A stretch of 64,000 nucleotides of DNA from Blepharisma stoltei ATCC 30299 (GCA_965603825.1 CBFDEM010000018.1:62001-126000), one strand, 5' to 3'; positions 13,521 to 25,298 are shown, counted from the first letter of the stretch. Translations and numbers: made by a program. Notes: a model not told the origin generated them from the letters alone.

Positions 13521-14534
13521 ATGCTCCCTTCAAAATCTATAACTTACGGAAATAAAGGCTCATTCAGAAAAACGATTTTTCAAGCTGCAGCTATAAGCAC
13601 ATACTCCAAAGAAGACGCCTATGAAAAAATGAACTCTTTTAAAAGTATTGGGACTGGCTGCATATGGGCAGGAATTATATATAGAGTTAAAGAATCAGAA
13701 GATTTTTATGAAGAAATCAAAGGTGTAGGACAAAAGCTATTATCCTTGGCTAGCAAAATGGGAATTTCTGATATTGTGCTAGGTGTAAGAATTTGAGAAA
13801 AAGGAGAAATTTCTAGCTATGACCTTGCCAGGATGGTTTTAGAAAGAGCTAAAGAGCTAATTGACTATATTTTTTCTCTGCCTGAGCCAATTGTTCCTCC
13901 CCCTCCAAATCCACCTTCTGTACATATAAAAACCCCTTCTCCTTCACCATCGCCTTATCCTTCTACTATTAGTAGAGCCCCAACCCCAAGGCAGCCCAAA
14001 AAAATTGAATCCGAGCTTGACCGAGCTTTAAAACGGCTTTATAAGATTGTGGATGAAATACAAGAGACTGATATGGCAACTATGAAAGAATTAGTGAATC
14101 ATTCACATATTGGGAAAGTTTTATTTGGTCTTCACAGCTTGATAGAAAAAGATCCAAGCTTAAAAAGATCAGTTAAATTTTTTGAATTAAAAGACGTTAA
14201 AAAACTCATGCATAGACTAGACCCTACTACAATTTCAAATTTCAAGCTAAATCAAACAATTTTCGCGCTAAAATCAAGGCCAAAAGTCAATTTCCATTCA
14301 TTAGAAAAAATCTCTCACTGTGCAGCATTAATTTATAAGTACCTAAAAACTTTTATTAACATCAGCCACGGCAATTATACAGACGTTTTTGCATTAAAAT
14401 TTGAAAAAGAAGAAAAAAAGCTTCCCAAACTGAAAAAAAAATTGACAACTTTGAGCAACACCCCAAGGATTTGGAAGCCAAGGCTAAAAGAAAGAGGAAG
14501 TCATTTACCGTTCAAAGAGGTATGAATTAATTAG
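13521..14534 (+). CDS. Hypothetical protein: IMPACT/UPF0029-like N-terminus, Pro-rich linker, dynein-stalk-like region; 3' end uncertain
   Basis: Track ORFs 13521 and 13833 join through TGA 13794. Reading TGA 14523 as Trp ends at TAG 14532-14534. Domain calls are by motif resemblance only. Confidence 0.65.
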
Positions 14535-14538
14535 TTAT

Positions 14539-14880
14539 ATGGCTTTTTCTTTTGAAGAATATATGGTGCCTCATCCTGTAGGGATTTTTGAAGATAGGTT
14601 TGCGTCAGAGCTAGATCATTATGATAAAAAGTTTGGCAGAAGAAGCTTGGATCTTGATGAAAATATAAAAAAGAAAGAAATTAAGCTGAAAAATCTTATG
14701 AAAATTGATAAATTAGTGGATCGAACACTAAATAAATCAATTGCTGTAGAAGTTTCTAAAGAAGAAGCCGAATTTATAATGGATGAGCAGGATCTAGAGG
14801 ATCAGCCTATTAATAAACTTATGGGGCTTGTACAAGTATTAGAAGAAAGTAGAAAAAAAAGAGATTCACTTGCTGAGTAA
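14539..14880 (+). CDS. Charged/coiled-coil ORF; separate gene or C-terminus of the upstream gene
   Basis: 113-aa ORF in the +1 frame, starting 4 nt after the upstream TAG. Second ATG at 14563. Confidence 0.55.
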   Translation: MAFSFEEYMVPHPVGIFEDRFASELDHYDKKFGRRSLDLDENIKKKEIKLKNLMKIDKLVDRTLNKSIAVEVSKEEAEFIMDEQDLEDQPINKLMGLVQVLEESRKKRDSLAE

Positions 14881-15017
14881 ACTGTAATATTTCATTTTTG
14901 TGGCAAAAATCTTAAATAATAATAATTTTTCCTCCCTGAAACCTCCAAATTTCATATTTCTCTTCATTTTTTCTTATTTTTATACACAACTTTATCAATC
15001 CATATAAAATTAGCTAA

Positions 15018-15755
15018 ATGGAAAACTCTTTAGACGAAAACAGCATAAGCATTTCTCTAATAGAAGGCACAGAGGCATCCCCTCTTAACCCAAGCTCTTC
15101 AGTATCTCTAAAAAAAGATCACTGGTGTTTGCTCAGAAATGTCCTAAGAGCGGTAACTCTTTTTCGGTGTCACGATGTAGTCCCAAATCAAGATGCCGAT
15201 CAGGTCGTTGGAGAAATTCAAAAAATCCCAACTGACTACGAATACAGAAAAGCCCAATCTCTAAGACGAGATTCCTCAGCTTATTCAGTTGCATTAAATG
15301 ACTTAAGACGAGAACAACGTTGATTTAATTGCCTTGGGAGAGGGACTCCTGAAGATATTGAACACTTAAAAGAAGAAATCATAAATGATCCTTATCGGCA
15401 TTTAAGGATAAGCAACCATCCTCTGTCACTTTTAAATAAGAGAAACAGAAATGGGATGACCCCGCTTTATTTGGCAAGCATAAATGGGAATTATGAAGTT
15501 GTAAAACTTCTGCTGGACAGTGGGGCTGACCATTTGATTACTTCTAGTGTTGACAATGAAGAAGTCACTTGCATTGAAGCAGCGGCAAGGCTGAGACATG
15601 CAAAAATTGTGGAACTTTTGGCTGCAAAGCAGTGGCCTGAAAAAGTCATTGAGAAGGTTCTAAGCGATAATAAATCACAAAATGTGGAAAATATTGTAAG
15701 AAAATGCAGCAAAAGTAAGAAAAGCAAAAAAATGTGCTGCTTTGGAAGGTTTTAA
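15018..15755 (+). CDS. Ankyrin-repeat protein with polybasic/CC C-terminal tail
   Basis: Joined through TGA 15321. NGMTPLYLASINGNYEVVKLLLDSGAD. Ends KKSKKMCCFGRF. Confidence 0.88.
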
Positions 15756-16946
15756 GGTAACCTTTATTATTAAAGGTTTAAATTTTGGTAAATGATAGTA
15801 ATTTTAATAAAATTTGGCAGGATCTTAATATATGCAATGCTGTATGTGTGGGATTAATTGGGATGCTCTAAAGTTTGCTATTTCTTCTTTTGCAAAGGAA
15901 ATTCTTTTCCGCTTCCTTCATGCAAGAATAATTGTTCTAATATAGTAGTCTAAGAGCCTTAAAAAGAGATATGATTCTATTAAATCTCTTTCAATATGTT
16001 ATGGTGTAAATTAAACTGGTTTCTATGCTAATTGTATCCTATTCGAGTAAATAAGATTTAGTTAAATTTAAGCTTGCATAGTTAGTGTAATAAAAATCAG
16101 GAAGCGCTAAAAATGTGTTTTGGTAATTATCAGTTGAGTAAGGGAAAATGCTATTCATAGAAACCTTTCACAAGATTTTCCCCAAAATATAAAATAAACT
16201 ATTTAATAACCGTAGCCTTGTTTAGCATTTTGATTAAACTTTACTAAGTTGAAACTATATTACTTGTTGCCGTTTATATTAATTTTGTATATTCAAAAAT
16301 TTCGGCTTCTTTTTGAAGTTAAGCCATATTTTTTGGAAAATCATCATAAAGTCATTAAGAAGAGCTGAATTACTTTTCATTTTAGGTTATTTTCTCATCT
16401 TTATTATTCATAAAATTAATATAAATTATCCTAATCAATCAAGTAACTATTGTTAGCATCTAAGCTCATCTTATGCTTGGAAAAAAATTCATCATAATGT
16501 CCATCATTTTTTGATTTGAAGATAAAAGATTGCATATATCAGACCTATGATAATAATATAAACAGAATAGTTATTCAATTTGTTTCCATGATCGAAATCG
16601 TTTGATATATTTATTTTTTCCCCAAACCCTGCATAATTTATGCTTTTTATTATCTCTTCCATAACGGTATTCATTTTCTATAATATGAAGAATTTCTGTA
16701 TTGTTACAAGCGGAATTATTTCTGGATTAGAAATAGATTCTGAGAAAATTCAAAGTTCGATCCTTATTCTTCAAGCAATTATATTCTAAAAACTTAGAGC
16801 AATCTCCTCGAGTAATTCTATATATTTTTTGTCTCTTCATTTTTTGAATCTATTTCGTTTTGCTTCAAAGCCTGCTTATAATATCAAAAAAATTAGCTGT
16901 TAATAATTGTTTATATATAAAAAATCCGTTAAAGCAATTTAATTAA

Positions 16947-17699
16947 TTAAAATGGAACTGCTTGAAGATTTGATGCATAATTTTGATATAGAAATTCAAT
17001 AGTATTCCAGTCAAGGATATTCCAAAACTTATTGACATAAGAAGCTCGATTCCACAAATATTCTAGATAATAAGAATGCTCCCATACATCATTTACTAAA
17101 AAAGGGTAGCATTTTTCTCCATCAATCCCCATCAGTGGGTTTATATTAAGTTTTGTCGTCCTTATCTCAATCTGTTTTCCCTGATTCACACAAAGCCAAA
17201 TCCATCCTGACCCAAATAGTCCAGTCGACTTTGCCATAAACTCAATCTGAAACTTAGTCCAATTTCCCCACTGGCTCACAATTTGTTCCAATAACACCCC
17301 ACTTGGCTTTTCTGACGAGCACTGTGGGTTTGTCAGCATCCACCAATAAAGTAAATGGTTATAATGCCCGCCTGCGTAATTTTGGAGATCTTTGTCAGTA
17401 TAAGCTGATAATTGTAAATCAGCCAAACTTTTATGATGAAGCTCAGGATTTAGTTTGATATAGTCATTCAGGGATTGGACTATTTCTTTGTGGAGATTCC
17501 CTTGATGCGATAATAAAATATCAGAACTCAGGATCGGCTGAAGAAAATCTTGTGGGTAAGGCAATGGGCTATGTGTAAAGTTATAGGCAGAATTTGAAGG
17601 AAAATACTTCTGTTTCTTGCTACATATGTGCTCGTCACATGTCTGAGAGCTGATAAGCACAAAGCTGAGAGAAATCAATAATAAAATGCTAGCACTCAT
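16947..17699 (-). CDS. Fe/Mn superoxide dismutase-like protein with signal peptide
   Basis: PLPY..LQP, GGHYNHLLYW, FGSGWIWL, DVWEHSYY. Hydrophobic N-terminal signal. Confidence 0.88.
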   Translation of the reverse strand: MSASILLLISLSFVLISSQTCDEHICSKKQKYFPSNSAYNFTHSPLPYPQDFLQPILSSDILLSHQGNLHKEIVQSLNDYIKLNPELHHKSLADLQLSAYTDKDLQNYAGGHYNHLLYWWMLTNPQCSSEKPSGVLLEQIVSQWGNWTKFQIEFMAKSTGLFGSGWIWLCVNQGKQIEIRTTKLNINPLMGIDGEKCYPFLVNDVWEHSYYLEYLWNRASYVNKFWNILDWNTIEFLYQNYASNLQAVPF

Positions 17700-17808
17700 A
17701 ATTTTCTTATAAATTTACCTTTATCTATCTTTTTTCCTTAATTTTGATAAAAATTTATACAAGCCTTTATTATCAGCTTATTTAAAATATAACCAAAATA
17801 AAAAACAA

Positions 17809-20050
17809 ATGGTCGACCACTTTATCAAAGAACTCAAGGAAAAAGAAGCGATTTTAGACACCCGTAAAACAGATCTAGGGCTAATAGAATGAGTTCACAA
17901 AATCCACCCTGTAAATCAGTTTATAAGGAAAAATTTCACAGACCCAAACTATGAAAGCCAAATTTTAAATAAAGTAACCCATATAGAAGAACAATAAAAT
18001 GGCAGCATATCGCAAAGGCTTGGTATCAGAAATGCTGGGGAAAAGGCAAGCAGTCTCATTAGTTTCTTCGCCGACGAAGATGAAGAAAACGTGGATTTCG
18101 AGGCCGAAGTCAGGAAAAGCAGTAAATAAGCACAGAGAAATGGAGCTTATTCAGCAGATAAAATTTGAAACAAAAAATAGCATTACTGAACTGTTGGGGA
18201 GTGGAGTAAATTTATATAAAGGAATTGCTGAAATTTCAAGCCATTTTAAAATTCATACAAATATGCCTGAAACTCTTATATTTGGCTATGGTTTTGATAG
18301 CCCTACTCTATTATACACAAATGACGACGGTATTCTCCAAGCTCAGCAAAAATTGTCGATTTCTCAGATTGAAATAGTTATACAAATTTTAGAAACATGA
18401 AGGCTTTGTAATTATAGCGGGGTAGCTTGTCCTTTGTGTATTGTGATCACCCCGAATAGTCAATATAATAAGATTGTGATGAGAGAAAATGAGCTTAAAT
18501 ATGAAATAAAAAATTCGTATAAAAATGATCTAATTATTCAAAGATATATTTTGCCAAAAGGAAGAAAAGCTTCAAAAATCAGGATTGTTTGGACATCAAA
18601 AGACCTAAAAATCTATAAAATCACGAATATAGATAGAATGGACGGCAAAAAGGAGCAGAACCCACTAGACAGTGTTTATTATATCAACAAAACAATTGAC
18701 ACTCGGAAAAAATATGGAAGTGAAGGTACTCCCCTTACAAATCATATTAAAGTCAGCAAAAATAACCTAGAACAGTATAATAAATTATTAGAGAATGTAG
18801 AAATTTTGATAACAAAAGAAAAGAAAACTAAATCAACCACACACTCAAGCGAGCAAAAATCAAGGGACGCAGGATGATTTGAGCATGATTATGATGACAA
18901 AGCCAAAAATTTTCCTTCTAAATTGCTTAATAAGTCTATGTTTGATCAACACCCATCAAAGGGTATACATAAAAAGTCAAATTCTTCACAAAAGATAAAA
19001 AGCGCTGATGAAGATCTGCATGCATATATAAAAGACTCAATTCTTGGGTTTTCGCCACCTGTTACAATAAAAAAATTATATCAAAATTTGTTTAAAATAC
19101 CTCATCTAGCAGAAGAGGATGAAGAGTTTTCGTGTGATGGCTGTGATTTTTCTCATAATTTTGGAAATAAATTAAGGAATATGTATTGCACTGATTTCCT
19201 TGACCCTGACAAATCTGCTATTTATGAAATAAAATGCATAAAAAGCTATGAAAAAGCTATAAAGCAGCTTCATGAAGTAAGAAAGGCTGTCAATTCATTT
19301 TTGGTTCAAAAAGAAAATAAGACACTTAGCCAGTTGGTGCTGGATTTTGCCGAAGACCAGTCCAATAATTTTTATTTTTTGAAAATTAAAGCATTTCAAT
19401 GTGAACAAAAAATCAATAAAACTATTCACCAAAAACAAAAAAATTTAAGTTTTATATGCCAAGGCAAGCACTGTTCTAATTCTGTATCCGATTCTCAATT
19501 TTTTGGAAATGATTCATTAAATTTTACTACAGATTTTGATAAAAGTGGAAAATTTCTAATTTTAAGAGGAAATATGATAGATGATAAAAATGAAGAAAAA
19601 GACTTGTCACAGATGCTTAATCCTAGGCTTTATGAAAGAGTTCCTGTATGCCGCAACTGCTATAATACTTATAAACTAAGGGATAAAGGAAATATCAGCC
19701 AATATCAAAAAACAATTCTTCTGACTAAAAATAAAGAAAAGAAGCAAAAAAATATTGAGCAATTAATAGAAGAAATCAACCCACTGATAGCTGAAAAGTG
19801 CACAGAAAGCTCAAATACAGATTTTCTGCTAAAAAGAAGTGAGTCATTGCCATTTCGAAGACAAGCTAAAGCTGTAAAATCTGAAGTATCGCAACCACCA
19901 TGCCAAACTAAGCTCAATAAAGTAAAATCCTCATTATTGAGTCCAAAATCAACACAAGCAATTTATTTCAAAAAAAAAATGATTGAAATTCGTCAAGCTG
20001 CCAATGAGTTAGAATTTCCTACACATCTTAATAAAACTTCATTAATATAA
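17809..20050 (+). CDS. Large hypothetical protein with Cys motifs; 5' part (17809-17973) uncertain
   Basis: Track ORFs 17999, 18434 and 18923 are one frame through TGA 18398 and 18875. An upstream ORF 17809-17997 joins only through a +1 event, possibly a 16-nt intron at 17974-17989. Confidence 0.72.
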
Positions 20051-20063
20051 ATAAAATTGCAAG

Positions 20064-20537
20064 ATGGTGTTTATGAGTGAAGTTCTCAATTATATTAGCT
20101 TTAAAACAAGGATAAACCCATCCAAACTTTCTCATTTCACCCCAAACAACTTAACACCTGAAATGAGACTGACTTTGGCTAAACATAGAATTTGGGAACA
20201 TATTATAGGAGGAAATGTAAGAACTGGGCTTAGATGGCTTAGAGGTCTCCCTAAAGGACAAAGCAAACTTGACTATTTTAAAGGCGCCTTTGACTATGAG
20301 ATGTTCCCTGTTGAACTTTCTGACCAAATCCCTCCAATTGCTGCAAAACAGATGGTGGCTGAGAAAAAAGCTTTGAGAGGCAGACAATTATGTTTCCTTC
20401 CTAAGAAGAGTGTGCATTCAGTTCCAAAATATGAAAGAAAGAGATACCTATGGAGAGAAGAAAGACGTAAGCAAAGAGAAGCTCAGTTTGGGAACAAAGC
20501 AACCACTCTTGAAGCCATGCGAAACAAAGATTACTAA
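20064..20537 (+). CDS. Mitochondrial ribosomal protein mS33-like
   Basis: RIWEHIIGGNVRTGLRWLRGLPKGQSKLDYF resembles the mS33 RTG..LR...G....YY motif. Basic C-terminus. Confidence 0.6.
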   Translation: MVFMSEVLNYISFKTRINPSKLSHFTPNNLTPEMRLTLAKHRIWEHIIGGNVRTGLRWLRGLPKGQSKLDYFKGAFDYEMFPVELSDQIPPIAAKQMVAEKKALRGRQLCFLPKKSVHSVPKYERKRYLWREERRKQREAQFGNKATTLEAMRNKDY

Positions 20538-20576
20538 AAATAAGCTTACTAGAACTTTAGGAAATTTTATAATTAA

Positions 20577-23210
20577 ATGGCTCTTTCAGGACTGAAAAGC
20601 ATGCTTGGAATCAAAGGGGAATCTAAAAAGAAGCAAGAAGCCTTTGAAAGCTCTGAAACCAGCCCAGAAATGGAGTACCTATTGATTTCTAGCTTGCAGC
20701 ATTTAGGAATCCCAAAATATACAACAAAAACGTTCACATATGATAAAATTCAAGGGCTTGCTGCTGTTGGTACTTTGACTGGATCTATTAAAATTTTTGG
20801 AAAGCAAGGGATTGAAGCAATAATAGAAGGCGAAAAACAACACCCAATAGAATTTTTAGCCTTCATTACGAATAAAGGAGTTTTAGTGAGCAATAGCAAT
20901 ATTGGAAGAAATTTGACGTTTTGGAGCATTGAAGAGATGAAGGTAACATTAACAATCCCAATTGATTTTCTAGTATCAAAGCTGTATTATCCGGAGGATG
21001 GAGACTTTATATATCTAGGCACACATGGAGGAGAATTAAGAGTATTAGATGTAGAGCAAAAAAGACTGACTGCTTATGGGCTAAGTTTTTCTCTATTATG
21101 TCCTGACCAAGCTGAAGACCCAATCATTGACTTATCATTTCACCCTGAAAAACCTGAAAAAATCTTAATTTGCTATGAAAATCGTGGAATCGTAATATGG
21201 GACTTCAAAAAAAATAAAGTAATTAAAAAGATCAACAACACCCAGCCTACCCATTGTGCAGCCTGAACACGGGATGGAAATTCAATTGTATGTGGCTTAC
21301 GGGATGGATCAATTGCTTTTTGGAATTTAGAAGAAAAAAAGCCATTTATTTATAAATCATTAAAACCAGATCCAGATGTAAATGATATTAATTTAACTGC
21401 TATTGATACCATTATATGCATGGCCGACAAAACTATCGTTATGGGAGGCCAGCCCTTTAATTCCCCAAACCAAATCACTTGCTTTACAGGAGACGAAATA
21501 AATAATTCTTTTGTTTATACTTTGCCTTCAGAAACCCTTCCATTGCAGATTTTTCCAATTCAGAGTATTGATGATGGGGTAATTAAAGAAAATTTGGTGA
21601 TTGTGACTCAGGATGCATCAATATTAATCCATGACTTTAAATCTCCTTATCCTTTTTACCCTACTGAAATATTTGGGCCTTTGCAAGTGTTTTGCAGTAG
21701 ATATTATACGATGGCGAATAATGGGCAAGAAGTGATGAATTTGATAGAAAGCATGGCATCGCCTGAGTTTGAGCTTGTTCTTAATGGAGGCGTTGTGAGT
21801 GAAACTTATCAAGATATTTTTGGGATGCTTATAACAGCTCATTCTTCAGGATTGATAAGATTTTGGTGTGTTTCTAATGTAAGGACTTATAATTTGACGA
21901 ATTTATCACTCCTCAGCCAAGAAAAAAATCCTTATTTTAGAGGGTCGATTTTTATTTTCAATGAAGTTGCTGATGAAAATTGTAAAATTTCTGCTCTTGA
22001 AATATCTATTGAAACCAAAAAGCTAATAGTCGCTTTTGATATTGGAAAAATAGGAATTTGGCAAATAGGAATTAATGAAATTAATTTATTAGGAATCCAT
22101 CAAGTTCATACATCGCCAATCCTTGATTTAAAAGTAAAAGGGTCATTTATTATATCAGGGGATCTTGTAGGAGGATTATCAATATTTAATATGGATTCCA
22201 GCGAAATAATATATTCATATGACCTAAAAATCTCCAGAAAAAGCGAAATCTCAAAGCAACAAATATCTATAAGCCAAATAGAAATTTATGATAATATAGC
22301 TGCAGTTTCTGTATCTAATGGACTTGTGCATTTATTTGATTTTAATACTATGCAGCTGCAGCCTCCAGTAAAGTCTCCAAAAATTGACTTAAAATCTGAA
22401 GTCCCGAAGAGAAGCGATGTTGGGATCTTAAAAATGCTTTATACTTCAATAGACCAGCAAAAAGTCGTGATTGCTTATGAAAAAAGTATGCATCTTGTGC
22501 AGTGGCCTTCTCTAGAAGTCCAAGCTTCTCAATACTGGCTTACACCCATTGTCTCTACCAATTTACTTTATTTAAGAAGTGAGGTATACGCCGCCTTGCT
22601 GCATTCTGATGGTATGATGTCACTGTTAAGAACTGACAGTTTAGAAAGGATATGGAAATCAAAAATATCGATTCCGATTGAGTAATCTTTATTTAGAGCA
22701 AACTATAAAGAATTTAATATGTCATTTGATGGGCATTTTATAATAACTACAAGCTCTAAACAGATATTGACAGGCTGGCTTACGTTTTTTGATGAATCGC
22801 GAGCTGAGTGTAACTTAGTTTTATTTAATAAAAATGCTAGCAATGACTTCAAAAAAGAAAAAAAATCATCAAAATTTTTAGGTTTCAAAGTAAATCGTGA
22901 GGTAAATTTTAATGGAATTTGTAAGAAATATTTAGTTGAAAAACCGAATAAAAAATGCTTGATACAAGAAAAAGAAATTGTAGAAGATAGACCACAAGAA
23001 GAAGAGAAAAAAGGACTTGAAGAGGAAATGAAAATGGGGGAATTAGGAAGCGCAATGGAAAAAGCGCTGCAAGGGGTCAAAGAAAGAGGAGAAAAAATAC
23101 AAAATCTGGATGTCAAGATTAAAAATATGGCTGAGCAAGCTAAATCGTGGGCAGACATGATAAAAGAGCAAGCAGAGAAAGAGAAAAATAAGAAGTGGTG
23201 GCAGCTTTAA
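20577..23210 (+). CDS. Tomosyn/Lgl/Sro7-like WD40 protein with C-terminal R-SNARE-like coil; 1 intron
   Basis: HLGIP..YDKIQGLAAVGTLTGSIKIFGKQGIE N-terminus. TGA 21264, intron 22682-22696. C-terminal ERGEKIQNL..MAEQAKSW..KKWWQL. Confidence 0.9.
22682..22696 (+). other. 15-nt intron (gtaatctttatttag)
   Basis: GT..AG, A10, in-frame TAA. Removal fuses track ORFs 21420 and 22719. Confidence 0.9.
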
Positions 23211-23321
23211 TGTGCTTTATATTATAAATTAATTTATATTGAGTACATATAATATCATTATGTGCTAAGTATTTTTTAAACCATGTTAATATACTAAAAT
23301 TTACAATTAAATTTTTACAAT

Positions 23322-25298
23322 TTAAAGATTTAGGCTAATAATTAAACTGCCTAAAATTTCAAGTTCAAGCCCTTCTACGTCATAGCCAAGCTCTATTAGT
23401 ATATTGCTACAATCTATAACTCTAAAAAGGGGATAACCTGTAATGCTGCTTAATTCATTAAGGAGACTCAGCTTGCTAAGTAAAGGATTGGCATATCTTA
23501 TTTCATTAGCATAGAAGATTTTACAACAGGTTGATGCTGATCTATCTTGATTTTCCATTATCTTTTTGCCTTTATTAAAGTTATAGGAAGAAAGTACTTC
23601 AGCTATTTGCCTCACTTTTAAATCAGAATTAGAATTTTGATTGACTTGATCATTTTCAATAGCATATATTATTTTTAGCGCATCTATACAGCCTAATATC
23701 TGTGGTTTGCTTTTATCAAGCATGCTATCAGCATCTATTGTCATAAAATCCTTGCAACTAGCAATAAGCCGCTTCTTTATCCAGTATCTAACTTCAATGT
23801 TAGTTTCAATGCAGTCCATTTTGTTTTTGCTGTTTAAAGCAATTGCTTCTGAGGCATTTTTAATCACGAGCTGCCTTTCATTAGGATTTGAACCTATTGT
23901 GCTTTGAAATTTGATTGCACGTGCTCTTATATCTTTTTTTTTCATTATTTCGGGAACTCCAGAGACAGGGTTGCTAAGCAGACTTCCTACAAAGGGAATA
24001 AGCTCTATAGCTACAAAAAAAGCATTGACCATAATGCTTGAATTATCAATTGTAATATCTCTCCCATCACAAATATTCTCTGCTTCGCTAAGAGCACTAT
24101 ATAATCTGTTGCTCAGAGCTGCTATATAGTTTTTAAGTTTAGAATTGCTTTCTATTACAGGATTTATCATTCTAAGATCGACTCCGCTTGCTTTTTTCTC
24201 CCCAAATTTTTGTCCTTGCATTCTAAGTTGACTAATTTCTTCTAACAGTCTTTTTTCAAACTCAACTATCTCTTTATTAGCGGATAGAATCTTTTGATGT
24301 GATTTTTCATCCTGCTGCTTTAATCTGATTAGATCAACTACATTTTCAATGATTTGAATATTCTGAGCCCGAATTCTTGCATTCTCATCATCAATTTGTT
24401 TTTGCAGCTTTGCATTGTCTCCAACAGCGATTTTGAGTTGCTGCAATTCCTCCTTAAACTCATAAAGCTTAGTAAGCTTGTCAAGCAATTGAAGACTATC
24501 TTTCTTTAATGCTTCATTTATATCGTTAATGCTCCCTTTTGAAAGGTTACTGCTGCCGTTTTGCTCTTCTTGCATCAAAGCACGAGCTCTGTTAAAATCA
24601 TTCAAAGCTTCTTTATCCCTTCCAAGGCTATTAAGCACTATAGTGCGATTGAAATAATATAACAGCTCATTTGGGCGAAGTCTTATTGCTGCATCATAGC
24701 ATTCTATCGCTTCCTGCTTTCTTCCTAATTCACTAAAATTAACACCTCTATTATTATAGGAAGCTGCATCATCAGGCTTAAGTCTTATGGCTGTGTCATA
24801 GCATTCTATCGCTTCCAATTTTCTTCCTAAATCACTAAGAGAATTGCCTTTGTTATAATAAGCTTCAATGTAATCAGGTTTAAGTTTTATCGCTTCATTA
24901 TACAATTCTATTGCTTCTAATTTTTTTCCTGATTCAGTAAAAGAATTGCCTTTGTTAAAGTAAGCTTTAGCATAATCAGGTTTAAGTCTTATTGCAGCTT
25001 CATAGCATTCTGTGGCTTCTTGCTTTCTTTCTAAGCCTTTAAGAGCAACGCCTTTATTAAGGTAAGCAGAAGCATAATCAGGTTTAAGCCTTATTGCTGC
25101 ATCATAGCATTCTATTGATTCAAGATTTCTCCCTAAGCCTCTAAGAGCAACACCTTTATTATAGTGAGAAAGAGCGTTATCAGGTTTAAGTCTTATTGCT
25201 GAATCATAACATTCTATTGCTTTAAGTAACTCGTTCTTCTGATGGTAGTTACTTCCTTTTGCTAGCCAGCCCTCATTATCTAGAACTTCTTTAGCCAT
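23322..25298 (-). CDS. TPR-repeat protein with coiled coil and unknown C-terminal domain
   Basis: About 7 near-identical 34-aa TPRs (EAIECYDAAIRLKPDYAxAYxNKG). 658-aa uninterrupted ORF. Confidence 0.9.
   Translation of the reverse strand: MAKEVLDNEGWLAKGSNYHQKNELLKAIECYDSAIRLKPDNALSHYNKGVALRGLGRNLESIECYDAAIRLKPDYASAYLNKGVALKGLERKQEATECYEAAIRLKPDYAKAYFNKGNSFTESGKKLEAIELYNEAIKLKPDYIEAYYNKGNSLSDLGRKLEAIECYDTAIRLKPDDAASYNNRGVNFSELGRKQEAIECYDAAIRLRPNELLYYFNRTIVLNSLGRDKEALNDFNRARALMQEEQNGSSNLSKGSINDINEALKKDSLQLLDKLTKLYEFKEELQQLKIAVGDNAKLQKQIDDENARIRAQNIQIIENVVDLIRLKQQDEKSHQKILSANKEIVEFEKRLLEEISQLRMQGQKFGEKKASGVDLRMINPVIESNSKLKNYIAALSNRLYSALSEAENICDGRDITIDNSSIMVNAFFVAIELIPFVGSLLSNPVSGVPEIMKKKDIRARAIKFQSTIGSNPNERQLVIKNASEAIALNSKNKMDCIETNIEVRYWIKKRLIASCKDFMTIDADSMLDKSKPQILGCIDALKIIYAIENDQVNQNSNSDLKVRQIAEVLSSYNFNKGKKIMENQDRSASTCCKIFYANEIRYANPLLSKLSLLNELSSITGYPLFRVIDCSNILIELGYDVEGLELEILGSLIISLNL
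24640..25260 (-). repeat. Tandem 102-bp TPR-encoding repeats
   Basis: Recurring atcaggtttaagtcttattgc..atcatagcattctat units at 102-nt spacing. Confidence 0.85.

Noticed and set aside
24640-25260. CRISPR-like or mobile-element repeats
   Set aside because: These are 102-bp in-frame TPR units without unique spacers. No transposase, terminal repeats or tRNA/rRNA genes were recognised anywhere in the window.
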